From positions 514 to 64,513 of the forward strand of contig WGDO01000087.1 of the NCBI GenBank assembly GCA_015493225.1: a stretch of 64,000 nt of DNA. Direction: 5' to 3'. Of this stretch, positions 1 through 9,560 are shown piece after piece. Source of the DNA: Patescibacteria group bacterium. Lineage in GTDB: Bacteria > Patescibacteriota > Minisyncoccia > Moranbacterales > DUUL01. The notes under the pieces were generated by a model. That model ran no database searches. It had not been told where the DNA came from and saw only the letters and a list, made by a program, of their open reading frames with translations. Made by a program: the position numbers and the translations under genes. How positions within the stretch are numbered: position 1 is the stretch's first letter; the number at the start of each line of letters is the position of its first letter.

Positions 1-639
1 ATTGATGCTTTTAGATTAGCAGAGATTGGTAAATTAGAACCTAATCTACCTAAATTCTTTGATTCTCGTGAAACCCTTAAAAACAAACGTTTTCAGTCTC
101 TTTTAAAAAATTTAGAAAAGACTAAACAAAGATTTTCAAGAAGTTTAAATGATGCTATCAAGAGTTTTGAAACCTTAGGAGTAACCATGGACTTAACTGC
201 TCTAGAGGAAGCTTTAAAATCAATAGAAACAGCTATTACAGCTTGTAGGAAGATTATAGAAGAAACAGCTGATGACTTCGCTTGTAAAATAGCGGAAACT
301 CCTGGGATCTCTCTTTTTCAAGCTTCTGTTCTTTCTACGGCTATAGCTGGCAGAGAGTTTGATAGTCGTGAAAAACTAGTTGCTTTCTTTGGTTTAGATG
401 TTAGAGCTAGACAATCTGGTAATTGGTCAGGGGCTTCTCATTTGTCTAAGAGAGGTAATGCTTACTATCGTAAAATACTCTTTCAAATTGGTTGGAGTTT
501 AAAACAACATAATGACATTTTTAAAGAGTATTATCAGAGACTGATTAATGATGGAAAGCATTATTTTACAGCTGTTATTGCTACTGCTCGTAAATTTCTT
601 TATTATTTTTTTAAGGTACGGGTTGACTTTTCCTTATAA
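1..639 (+). mobile_element. IS110-family transposase, C-terminal part (5' end truncated by the window edge)
   Basis: Frame 1 is open from nt 1 to the TAA at 637-639. The translation (...FFGLDVRARQSGNWSGASHLSKRGNAYYRKILFQIGWSLKQHNDIFKEYYQRL...) matches the Transposase_20 / IS110-IS116-IS902 C-terminal domain, including the SGKxxxxxxISKRGN signature. The N-terminal DEDD domain lies upstream of the window. Confidence 0.6.
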
Positions 640-715
640 CTTGTCTTTAAAAAGGGGGCAACTTAAAATCAAAAATTTTTTGTATAACCTGAAAACTTCC
701 CAGGGATTAAACTTC

Positions 716-2185
716 CTAAAAGTTCTCAACATCAACAAAAGTCGCCACTGAAACTGTTTTATCTTTTTGAAAAGTCTTTTGTTCTTGCTTTTGGTCCTTT
801 TTGGAGCCAATAATTATTTTCACATCTCGATCAGAATCAACTGTGTATTGTTTCATATCCCCCATTTTATCAATTACCTTTACTTTACCCTGCAATTTAT
901 CAACACCAGGTTGCTTTTGAATAAATAACTGATAATTATCAAAAGTAATTGTTTCTGGCAAATAGTAATCAAATTCAACTATTTTTGTTTTCCCCAACTG
1001 AATTTGATGCAATACCCCAAAACTTTTTTTACCCATCGCTTTATCAAAATCAACAAATTCTAATCCCTCTAAACCATCCGTATCATAAAGCCAACTTTTG
1101 TCTGGAACAAAAATTCTTAAATAAGTACGATAATCTTCAGTCAACAAATCCCTGACTGTTCCCTGATGAGTATAAGTTATTTTTAATCTCACTGCTGGTC
1201 TTTTTCGACGAAAATCAACTATATATTCAAAGCGACGTTTCATCACCGCATCAGACTTACGTGATCCTAAATTAGCATCGACCATCATTAAATAATCCCC
1301 CGAAACATTTTGTCTCACTTCTCCAGACCAGCCTAATTTTTCAACCTTAGATTGCAAATCTTTATTTGCAAAATACAACATCACGTCTTTTCTATTTAGA
1401 TGTTGCTCTATTTTACTCAACAACTGCTTTTTCTGACTCCAATCCAATTCCTGAGCCTTTTGCACAATAGCTTTAAACATTTTTTTCATAATATATTTTC
1501 GCTTACCCTTTTCAATACCCTGATCATAATACCCTTTCTCTACTTGATATTCCAATTGTTCAATAACGTTGTCACTATTGTAAATTCCTGGATAACCATC
1601 CACCTTAATAGGACCAATCACTTCTAAAAATGACGGCAACAATTCTGTTGACAGGGCAATTACTCCATCTATTTTTTCTTGCCCTCCTTCTAAATGATAA
1701 AAATACTCCGCCCGTTGAGCATTAATTGGAAAATCAGGTGACCAATTACTGTCCCGTAATTCCCAATCTTTAATTCCCAGCATATCTTGCATTGGTTTTG
1801 GTGGTGCAATTTGACTAGAACTACCAGAATCAAAAACATTAGTATTATGAGAATCTGCAAAAACAATTTTCCCATCTTTAATCTTCATAATTCCAAAAGA
1901 CCCAATATATCCACCTCCCGGTCTTAATTCATTGTTATTTTGAAAAAGTAACAAAAAAGTACTTTCCTTTTTTTGAGATAAAGATTCCACTATATTCATC
2001 ACTCCAGTCAATTCTGTTTTGTGAACATTACTAAGAGGTAATACATTCACTACAGGTTTTATAAAAGAGATTAACCCCAAATAATTATTATTTCTATATT
2101 CCAAAAAAATATACCACCCAAACAATAATAATGCAGAAATAACCCAAAAACCAAACCAAAATTTTAATGAATGTTTTTTTCTCAT
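716..2185 (-). CDS. DUF4012-like secreted/membrane-anchored protein (N-terminal TM, LRPGGGYIGSFG motif)
   Basis: 489-aa ORF with a single N-terminal TM helix and a Gly-rich RPGGG motif of the kind I recall for DUF4012 cell-envelope proteins. The assignment is from memory, not a search. Confidence 0.4.
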   Translation of the reverse strand: MRKKHSLKFWFGFWVISALLLFGWYIFLEYRNNNYLGLISFIKPVVNVLPLSNVHKTELTGVMNIVESLSQKKESTFLLLFQNNNELRPGGGYIGSFGIMKIKDGKIVFADSHNTNVFDSGSSSQIAPPKPMQDMLGIKDWELRDSNWSPDFPINAQRAEYFYHLEGGQEKIDGVIALSTELLPSFLEVIGPIKVDGYPGIYNSDNVIEQLEYQVEKGYYDQGIEKGKRKYIMKKMFKAIVQKAQELDWSQKKQLLSKIEQHLNRKDVMLYFANKDLQSKVEKLGWSGEVRQNVSGDYLMMVDANLGSRKSDAVMKRRFEYIVDFRRKRPAVRLKITYTHQGTVRDLLTEDYRTYLRIFVPDKSWLYDTDGLEGLEFVDFDKAMGKKSFGVLHQIQLGKTKIVEFDYYLPETITFDNYQLFIQKQPGVDKLQGKVKVIDKMGDMKQYTVDSDRDVKIIIGSKKDQKQEQKTFQKDKTVSVATFVDVENF

Positions 2186-2194
2186 AGTAAATTA

Positions 2195-3718
2195 TTACAA
2201 ATTATTATCAAGTTTAGTTTCAGTCAAGCCAAACTCAATTTGATTATACTTCAAGTTTTGCAACACTCCATATAATAACCAAAACAAAAGTGCCACTGGT
2301 CCAACAAATAGGATATTATTAAATAATCCCAACAAAACAAACTCCACAAATATTGTTAAAATAACCACCAACCAAATTCTCTCAAATCCATCTGACTTTA
2401 AATAGGCCGATCTAATTTCCCTAAAATATTGTCCCAACCCCAACAAAAATAATCCCAAGCCAATAATACCAAATTTAGAGAATACCACTAAATACGAATT
2501 ATATATTTGCTGTCGCCAAGACTCATCAAACCCACGCCAAAACCAATCAACCCCCTGTGTATTTTTAATATTATGCCAAAGAGTTAACAAATAAGTTTTT
2601 TGTCTTACCATTAAAGCTGGCTCGAATCCCGGCAAAATTAAAACAAAGACCAGCAATAAAATTAAAGTTATCCAAATAATTTTCTGCTCTCTTAATAAAA
2701 TACCCATAATTAGCAAAGCCACTCCCAAAATAATTAAAGCCATATAGGAAAAAGTTAAAATTAAGGCAGAAATTTGAATAATAAATAAAATCAAAAACAA
2801 TCTTTGTCTACTAATTTTCAATTTTAACGGAGTTTTTAAATCAACAACCTTGTTTGCACTTCTAATCTGACCATTAAATGCCGAGTCAAGGACATTCTTC
2901 AAATATGAACTACCCCTTTCCGTCCAGCTAAGGCTAGCAATGGTTGATAAATCATATTTTTGTATTAACAACATCCCCAGGGTAATTGGTATGGTAATTA
3001 GTAATAACATTGCTAAAATATTATCTCCCAATTGTAAAAATAATTTATCTCCAAAAAAACCAGTTAGTTGTCGTATTCCATCCTGGGCAGAAATATTAGC
3101 AAAAACTTCACTGGTAATACCAATACCATTATTTAATTCCAAATTAAAAATTCTAGCCAATAGACCAAATAGAGCTTGCCCAGTTCCAATCATAATAATA
3201 ATCAAAAAGAATTTTTCCAAACGTTTTCCCGTTTGAAAAAAATATTGAAAAGAAATAATAATCATTGGATAAACAACAAATACCATAACCAATTGATACA
3301 GTGTTACTTGATTAATCTCCTTACTAATATCAAATGAATTTCCAAACAAGATTAACACTCCTCCTAAAATTATTAGTCCTAACCAGTAGTAAAATAAAGG
3401 AAATAATTTAATTTTATTTTTATCCAGTAATAAATTTCCTAAACCAATAATTGCCAAAACCAAAGTAAAAATTTCTTCCAAAGACACTAAGTTATCAGCA
3501 ATATAAATAGTTGGAAAAATTGTAATAATTAAGATTGAAAAAATCCAACCGAAATGAAAACTTTTTTGAAAAATTGCTAAATTAACAAAAATAACAAACG
3601 TCAAAAAAGCCAATGTTAAATTCAAAGTAGCTACTAAAATAAAAGAAAAAGCCAATGACCCAAAAACAATAGTCATTAATTCTTTTTGCTTTTTCAGTTG
3701 TTGCCAATATCTCTGCAC
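2195..3718 (-). CDS. Polytopic membrane protein, O-antigen ligase / Wzy-type polymerase-like
   Basis: 507-aa ORF with at least 10 predicted hydrophobic helices and a large periplasmic loop. It sits in a polysaccharide/cell-wall context. The family assignment is tentative. Confidence 0.35.
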   Translation of the reverse strand: MQRYWQQLKKQKELMTIVFGSLAFSFILVATLNLTLAFLTFVIFVNLAIFQKSFHFGWIFSILIITIFPTIYIADNLVSLEEIFTLVLAIIGLGNLLLDKNKIKLFPLFYYWLGLIILGGVLILFGNSFDISKEINQVTLYQLVMVFVVYPMIIISFQYFFQTGKRLEKFFLIIIMIGTGQALFGLLARIFNLELNNGIGITSEVFANISAQDGIRQLTGFFGDKLFLQLGDNILAMLLLITIPITLGMLLIQKYDLSTIASLSWTERGSSYLKNVLDSAFNGQIRSANKVVDLKTPLKLKISRQRLFLILFIIQISALILTFSYMALIILGVALLIMGILLREQKIIWITLILLLVFVLILPGFEPALMVRQKTYLLTLWHNIKNTQGVDWFWRGFDESWRQQIYNSYLVVFSKFGIIGLGLFLLGLGQYFREIRSAYLKSDGFERIWLVVILTIFVEFVLLGLFNNILFVGPVALLFWLLYGVLQNLKYNQIEFGLTETKLDNNL

Positions 3719-3849
3719 TTGTTTGATATAAAAAATTATACTAACTCATCATTATACTATAGTTTGTCATTTTTGTCAACACCATTGACATTCCTTTGTT
3801 TACGCCATAAACTAAGGATAGAGAAACAAAATAAATTAAAGATACGTCT

Positions 3850-4644
3850 ATGCTTAACTTTGCTGCAATTTGCCCCCATCCTTTAATATTGGCACCAGGA
3901 ATTAAAAGTTCCGAGAAAAATCTTCTACAAAAAACAACCAAATTTATTGATATTTTAGCTAGTGACCTACGAAAAACAAATCCTGACAATATCATCATCA
4001 TATCACCTCGCGGACCAATGCGCTATGATAAGTTTACCATTAATTTTGAAACTTCTTTCAAGGGGAATTTTGTTGAATTTGGTGGAGATGATTATGATTA
4101 TGTTTTCAAGAATAATTTAGAATTATCCCGTCAAATATTACGCTACCTACGTAAAAAACACGCACCCGTAGATATTATCAGAGAATCAAATTTAGATTAT
4201 GGTAGCTTAACTCCTTTAATTCATCTTACTAAAAATTTAGATAAAAAGCCAAAAATAATTCCTCTAACCTTTACCGCCACCGACTGGGATGCTCAATATA
4301 AATTTGGAAAACAGCTCAGCACAATTTTAGAAGAATCAAATGAAAGTAGCGCCATTATTGCCAGTGCCCATTTATCTAATCGACTCACCGAAGAAGCCCC
4401 TGCTGGCTTTTCTCCCTATGGTATTAAATATGACTCTACTATTACTAAACTCCTCCAAGAAAATGAAATTGACAAAATCAAAGCTCTTAATCCGGAATTT
4501 TGTGAAGAAGCCGGTGAAGGTGGTCTGCAGGCAATTTTGATAACCCTCGGCGCCATTGCCCACACTCGTCACTCCTTTCATCAACTCTCCTATGAAAACC
4601 CTCTGGGAACTGGATATTTAGTTGGAAAATGGGATATAAAATAA
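3850..4644 (+). CDS. Class III extradiol dioxygenase (LigB / MEMO-like) family protein
   Basis: 264 aa. The N-terminal AAICPHPLILAPG and the later IIASAHLSNRL resemble the two His-containing motifs of the LigB-type extradiol dioxygenase fold. The function in this organism is unknown. Confidence 0.45.
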   Translation: MLNFAAICPHPLILAPGIKSSEKNLLQKTTKFIDILASDLRKTNPDNIIIISPRGPMRYDKFTINFETSFKGNFVEFGGDDYDYVFKNNLELSRQILRYLRKKHAPVDIIRESNLDYGSLTPLIHLTKNLDKKPKIIPLTFTATDWDAQYKFGKQLSTILEESNESSAIIASAHLSNRLTEEAPAGFSPYGIKYDSTITKLLQENEIDKIKALNPEFCEEAGEGGLQAILITLGAIAHTRHSFHQLSYENPLGTGYLVGKWDIK

Positions 4645-4694
4645 TTAAGAATTTAGAGATTAAGAGTTTAGGAATTTGAAGTTATTTTTTTAGT

Positions 4695-4786
4695 CACCCC
4701 CTGTGTAAAGGGGGTCAAATTTTCTTGTCATTTTTATTTGTCAACTAGTTGACAAATAAAAATGCCAAGAAAATTTGGGGGTTTTT
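4695..4786. repeat. Long GC-clamped hairpin repeat element, family C (cacccccTGTGTAAAgggggtcaaaTT...AAtttgggggttttt)
   Basis: Perfect palindrome tcaaattttcttgtcatttttatttgtcaac-tag-ttgacaaataaaaatgccaagaaaatttg flanked by a ccccc/ggggg mini-hairpin and a GGGGG-TTTTT tail. Other copies are at 11795, 13383 and 33593. Confidence 0.8.
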
Positions 4787-4871
4787 GAGAATTTTAAGTT
4801 TTAAGCTTTAAATCTGTTCATAGAGGTCATAATTCAATAAAGACCACAAAAAATAAATTTCAAACTAAAAA

Positions 4872-7049
4872 ATGAAAAACTACTACCAAATCATCCCCCT
4901 AGTACGACTCCCCTTAACAAAGTCTAATGATTTTACATATCATTCAGATAAAATTATTAAATTTGGTTCGATTGTTAAAATAAATTTAAATAATAAAACC
5001 GTCAGGGGAGTTATTATTAAAAATAAAATTACCAAGCCGACATTTAAAACTTCTCCCATTCTACAAACAATTATTCCCGCTCAAATTACCAAACAACAAC
5101 TTAGATTAGCAAAACTGATATCAAACTATTATCTCACCCCCCTGAGTACCACTTTAAAATTTTTTGCCTTTAAATTAACAAAGAAAGATAACACTAAATA
5201 TTTTGAAAACCTAGTCAAACAAATAGAAAAAATAAACGAATCTAAATGGCAAAAAAAAATTACCTTAACCAAAGAACAAAAAAAAGCCATTAAAAAAATA
5301 ACTTCCCAAAGACCAAATACTGAATCCGCATTTAAAAATAATAACCTCGACAAAAAAAATAAAATACTTTCAACTTTTGACCCCAAGTCATCCAACGGGG
5401 TAAACTTTCAATCTTCAACTCTATTATTTGGCCCTCCCGCTTCCGGCAAAACCGAAGTCATTATTGGGGTTATTAAAAATGTTCTTAGAAAGAAACAACA
5501 AACTTTAATCCTCATTCCGGAAATTTTTCTCTCCTATCAAGAAATTGTACGTTATAGTGGAAAATTTTTAAAAGAAGCAACCAAAGAAGTGGCCATTTTA
5601 CATTCTCAACTCAAGCAATCGGAAATCACAACTATCTGGAATGGTGTTCAAAGTGGTCAAATCAAAATTGTCATCAGTACTCGTATGGGAATTTTTCTTC
5701 CCTTTCAAAACCTTGGTCTAATTATAGTTGACGAAGAACAAGATATTTCCCATAAACAATGGGATACCCCACCATTTTATCACATCCGACAAGTTGCCGA
5801 ATTAATGCAAAAAATTTATACTGAGGTCCAAACAATCTTAGTGTCCTCAACTCCTTCCCTGGAAAGTTGGCATAGATATTCAAATAACCCAAACCACCAG
5901 ATTATTAAACTCCCAGCTCTAAAAACAAACTCCATTACTATAAAACCACCGGAGATAAAATTGGTAGATCTAAAAAAATACTACAAAAAAAATCAACAGA
6001 TTTTCATTTCCAACGAGTTACGATTCGGATTAAAAAATTGTTTAGACCAAAATACCATAGCTATGTTATTGGTTCCTCGTCGGGGAAAAAGCCGTACTAT
6101 AATTTGTCAAGATTGCCACGAAGTACCCACCTGCCCAAATTGCCAAGTACCCTTAGTTCATAGTGAAAATAATTATCGTTGCCTACACTGCGATTTTAAA
6201 ATCTCCAATATTTCCAAATGTCCCCACTGTGGAAGCTTTCGATTACAGGATGTCGGTTTTGGAACAGAAAGCGTTGCTGATAATCTGCAAAATATATTCC
6301 CCTCCGCCAAGGTAGCCATTGCCGATAACACAACTTTCGCCAATAATAATTTTCGACGAAAAATTTTAAAACAATTATATAATAATGAGCTTGACTTTTT
6401 AATTGGCACCTACGGCATCGCCAAGGGATTAGACATTAAGGCTGTAAATTTAGTAGCCATTCTCAATGCCGATAATTGGCCAGGACAAACAGACTTTCGT
6501 TTTGATGAAAATTATCTAAGCACTATTTTTCAATTAGCCGGACGGGTTAACCGTCCCGGTAGTAAACAAACTGGACAATGTCTTATCCAAACCTTTGACC
6601 CTACCAATAGAATTTTCACCTATTTAAAAGACTGGGATTGGCCAGCTTTTGTAAAATACGAACTAAAAAATAGAAAATCATTAAGCTATCCACCATTTAT
6701 ACATCTTCTAAAAATAACCCACAGAAATTACAACCGAGAAACTGTTGAAAAAGAATTAGACAAACTTCACAAAAAATTAGAGAAATACACCCACAACAAG
6801 CAAAGCAATACAACAAGCGAAGCAATCCAACGAGGTGCCAACCGATCCAACAAACAAAACGATAAAACAAACGAAGTGATCCAACTTCTCCCCCCTTATT
6901 TTGGCTACCAAGAAAAATTACGAGGCTATTGGCAAAAAAATCTTCTTCTAAAAATAAAAACTCTACCGATTACCGACAAAAAACTTCTTAAAATTCTAGA
7001 CCTCCCTACAAATTGGAAAATAGACGTCGACACAGAGAATATTTTTTGA
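4872..7049 (+). CDS. priA: Primosomal protein N' (PriA helicase)
   Basis: 725 aa. Walker A GPPASGKTEV, DEEQD Walker B-like motif, and the characteristic Cys4-Cys4 zinc-binding insertion (CQDCHEVPTCPNCQ...CLHCDF...CPHCGS) inside the helicase C-terminal domain. Confidence 0.85.
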   Translation: MKNYYQIIPLVRLPLTKSNDFTYHSDKIIKFGSIVKINLNNKTVRGVIIKNKITKPTFKTSPILQTIIPAQITKQQLRLAKLISNYYLTPLSTTLKFFAFKLTKKDNTKYFENLVKQIEKINESKWQKKITLTKEQKKAIKKITSQRPNTESAFKNNNLDKKNKILSTFDPKSSNGVNFQSSTLLFGPPASGKTEVIIGVIKNVLRKKQQTLILIPEIFLSYQEIVRYSGKFLKEATKEVAILHSQLKQSEITTIWNGVQSGQIKIVISTRMGIFLPFQNLGLIIVDEEQDISHKQWDTPPFYHIRQVAELMQKIYTEVQTILVSSTPSLESWHRYSNNPNHQIIKLPALKTNSITIKPPEIKLVDLKKYYKKNQQIFISNELRFGLKNCLDQNTIAMLLVPRRGKSRTIICQDCHEVPTCPNCQVPLVHSENNYRCLHCDFKISNISKCPHCGSFRLQDVGFGTESVADNLQNIFPSAKVAIADNTTFANNNFRRKILKQLYNNELDFLIGTYGIAKGLDIKAVNLVAILNADNWPGQTDFRFDENYLSTIFQLAGRVNRPGSKQTGQCLIQTFDPTNRIFTYLKDWDWPAFVKYELKNRKSLSYPPFIHLLKITHRNYNRETVEKELDKLHKKLEKYTHNKQSNTTSEAIQRGANRSNKQNDKTNEVIQLLPPYFGYQEKLRGYWQKNLLLKIKTLPITDKKLLKILDLPTNWKIDVDTENIF

Positions 7050-7130
7050 TATAATAAACTTATCTCTTAAAGTATCAACCCCTTAAATTATCAAATTCCT
7101 AATTTCTTAAATTCTTAATCTTCTAATCAT

Positions 7131-7571
7131 ATGCTAGAAATTATTACCTATCCAAATCCAATTTTAACCAAGCCCTGTCAACCAATTGCCAACCCCACAG
7201 ACTTAGAAATAAAACAATTAATTACTGACATGACAAAAGCCATGCGAGCTCACGACGGACTGGGTTTGGCCGCTCCTCAAATTGGAAAAAATATCCGCTT
7301 ATTTTTAACAGAAATAGACCACGAATTAATGGTATTTATTAATCCAGAGATACAAAAATTGTCCGGGAAAGATACTCGGGCAGAAGAAGGATGTCTATCT
7401 TTCCCCGGCCAATATTTACCCGTTGTGCGACCTGATAAAGTTAAAATTAAATTTACTGATACTAGTGGACAAAAACAAATTATAAAAGCCAACGGTCTTT
7501 TGGCTCGAGCTATTCAACATGAATTTGATCACCTGGAAGGAATTTTATTTATAGAGAGAACTGATTCTTAG
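7131..7571 (+). CDS. def: Peptide deformylase
   Basis: All three PDF motifs are present: GLGLAAPQIG, EGCLSFPG and QHEFDHLEG. Confidence 0.92.
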   Translation: MLEIITYPNPILTKPCQPIANPTDLEIKQLITDMTKAMRAHDGLGLAAPQIGKNIRLFLTEIDHELMVFINPEIQKLSGKDTRAEEGCLSFPGQYLPVVRPDKVKIKFTDTSGQKQIIKANGLLARAIQHEFDHLEGILFIERTDS

Positions 7572-7582
7572 CACACAAAATG

Positions 7583-7701
7583 CAAGATACAAATAACAAG
7601 ATACAAACAAATCACAATAACCAATTCTCAAAAAATATTTAAATTTTGGTTATTGAAATTTGAAATTTGTTTGTTTCTTGTTATTTGTAACTTGTATCTT
7701 G
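7583..7701. repeat. Long imperfect palindrome caagatacaa...aataaccaa / ttggttattg...ttgtatcttg (family F)
   Basis: About 120-bp inverted repeat in the def-fmt spacer. Related copies are at 22150-22250, 37283-37362 and 43621-43745. Confidence 0.7.
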
Positions 7702-7739
7702 TATTCTATATTCCATTAATTATCCCACTTAATACATCT

Positions 7740-8723
7740 ATGATGTCTAACAAAAAAAATAACCAACCATTAAAAATAACATTTTTCGGTGCTCCCCATT
7801 TTTCCGGGGAGATTTTAAAATTTTTGATTAAAAATAATTTTACACCCCAATTAATAATTACCCATCCAGACCAATCAATAGGACGCAAAAAAATATTAAC
7901 CCCCACTAAAACTAAAACTATCGCCAAGAAAAATAATATTTCTATTAAAGAATTTAACTCACTTGATCATAAAGCTATTAAATATTTTCAAACAAACCCT
8001 CCAGACCTAATTATCACCGCTTCCTATGGATTAATTATTCCTCCGGAAATTATCAACTCAGCAAAGTTTGGTGCTTTAAATGTTCACCCTTCATTACTAC
8101 CCAGACTACGAGGAGCTACTCCGATTCAAACAACCCTCCTACAAGGATCACAAACAACTAGCTCCACCATCATGCTGATGGATGCCGGCATGGACACCGG
8201 AGACATTATTGCCCAAAAGCAATCACCAATCAGCCCCACCGACACTTATCCTAAATTAGAACAGAAACTAATTAAACTATCCACTGAGTTACTTTTACCA
8301 ATTCTGGAAAATATTCAAAAAACCAGACAAAAACCAGTCGGAAAACAACAGAATAATTCTCAAGCAACCTTCACTAAACTTATTAAAAAACAAGACGGCT
8401 TAATTGATTGGAATAAATCAGCTCAAGAAATTTATAATCAATGGCGAGCTTTTTATGACTGGCCAAAAATTAACACTTTCTATAAACAACAAAAATTAAC
8501 CTTAACTGAGATTGAAATATTTTCCAAAGATGCTATAATTAATGACGTAAACATTGTCGCTTCCGGCACTGTTTTTAAAAACGAAAACAAAGAAATTTTA
8601 GTTCAAACTGGCGAAGGTCAAATAAAAATAAACAAATTACAACTAGCTGGAAAAGAAGCATTAAACATATCTGATTTTCTGAATGGACAACCCCAATTCA
8701 TTGGCACTAATCTTGCGAAATAA
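7740..8723 (+). CDS. fmt: Methionyl-tRNA formyltransferase
   Basis: The N-terminal formyltransferase domain has ITFFGAPHFS and LNVHPSLLPRLRGATPIQ (the SLLP motif), followed by the C-terminal Fmt domain. I place the start at the internal ATG at 7740 (MMSNKK...) because the ORF-track start at 7653 runs through the palindromic repeat. Confidence 0.88.
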   Translation: MMSNKKNNQPLKITFFGAPHFSGEILKFLIKNNFTPQLIITHPDQSIGRKKILTPTKTKTIAKKNNISIKEFNSLDHKAIKYFQTNPPDLIITASYGLIIPPEIINSAKFGALNVHPSLLPRLRGATPIQTTLLQGSQTTSSTIMLMDAGMDTGDIIAQKQSPISPTDTYPKLEQKLIKLSTELLLPILENIQKTRQKPVGKQQNNSQATFTKLIKKQDGLIDWNKSAQEIYNQWRAFYDWPKINTFYKQQKLTLTEIEIFSKDAIINDVNIVASGTVFKNENKEILVQTGEGQIKINKLQLAGKEALNISDFLNGQPQFIGTNLAK

Positions 8724-8726
8724 AAA

Positions 8727-9554
8727 ATGAAAAATAAAAATATTACTCAAAATTTTCAACATTTCAAGCCATTGTTAATTGGTTTTATTTTAATTATTTT
8801 AATCACTGGATATTTTCTAACGAAAACTTGGCAAACAAAAAATCATTTAAATGAATTAGAACAAAGACTGAAAAACAAAAATCAGGAAAGCCAAAACATA
8901 AACATTGAAACAGTCACTCCAGAAAATGTCTACCAATGGATTAATAAATCGGATGTTCAGCTTATAGATATTAGAAATAACAATGAATACAACATCAAAC
9001 ACATTGAATCCTCCATTAATATTCCTTTAGATTCCATCAAAAAAAATATTAGTAAATTTAATAAAAATAAACAACTTATCATCATTGACCGCGAAAATAA
9101 TCTAGAAGGAAAAATATTAGTTGATCATTTTAAAAAAGAAGGATTAAATATTAAATATTTAGAAGGTGGGATTTTAAAATATGCTCAAGAAAATTATCCA
9201 CTAATTACCAATGGTGACCCAACTGTTAAAACAAATTTATTAAAGATTAAACCAATTGCCGCCGAAGAAGTAAAAAAAGATTTATTAAGTGGAAAAATTT
9301 TCTCTTTTATAGACACTCGACCTTCTTTATCTTATAATCTAGACAAAATAGGTGGGAGTACAAATATTCCCTTAGAAAAGATTGAGGAATCAAAAGACTC
9401 TTTACCAACTCATATCTTATTATTATACGATACTAATCCAGAAAGAAGTTTCAAGGCCGGTGTTAAACTCTACGACATGGGTATTTCCAATTTTTATGTT
9501 TGCACCGACACCTACGAACAATTAAAACAAACTTTATTTAATAAACAAAAATAG
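8727..9554 (+). CDS. Membrane-anchored tandem rhodanese-domain protein
   Basis: N-terminal TM helix followed by two rhodanese-like modules (DIRNNNEYNIKHIESSINIP ... FIDTRPSLSY...GGSTNIP). Confidence 0.6.
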   Translation: MKNKNITQNFQHFKPLLIGFILIILITGYFLTKTWQTKNHLNELEQRLKNKNQESQNINIETVTPENVYQWINKSDVQLIDIRNNNEYNIKHIESSINIPLDSIKKNISKFNKNKQLIIIDRENNLEGKILVDHFKKEGLNIKYLEGGILKYAQENYPLITNGDPTVKTNLLKIKPIAAEEVKKDLLSGKIFSFIDTRPSLSYNLDKIGGSTNIPLEKIEESKDSLPTHILLLYDTNPERSFKAGVKLYDMGISNFYVCTDTYEQLKQTLFNKQK

Positions 9555-9560
9555 ACTATC

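Noticed and set aside
548-751. 67-aa ORF overlapping the transposase 3' end
   Set aside because: It overlaps the IS110 transposase reading frame and the intergenic region and is low-complexity (LLLLLL), so it is spurious.
3741-4001. Small minus-strand ORFs overlapping annotated genes (for example 3741-4001, 5129-5395, 6173-6409, 7277-7492, 14201-14389, 20360-20617, 50630-50920)
   Set aside because: They lie antisense or out-of-frame within long, well-supported genes and are low-complexity, which is typical of spurious ORFs in AT-rich DNA.
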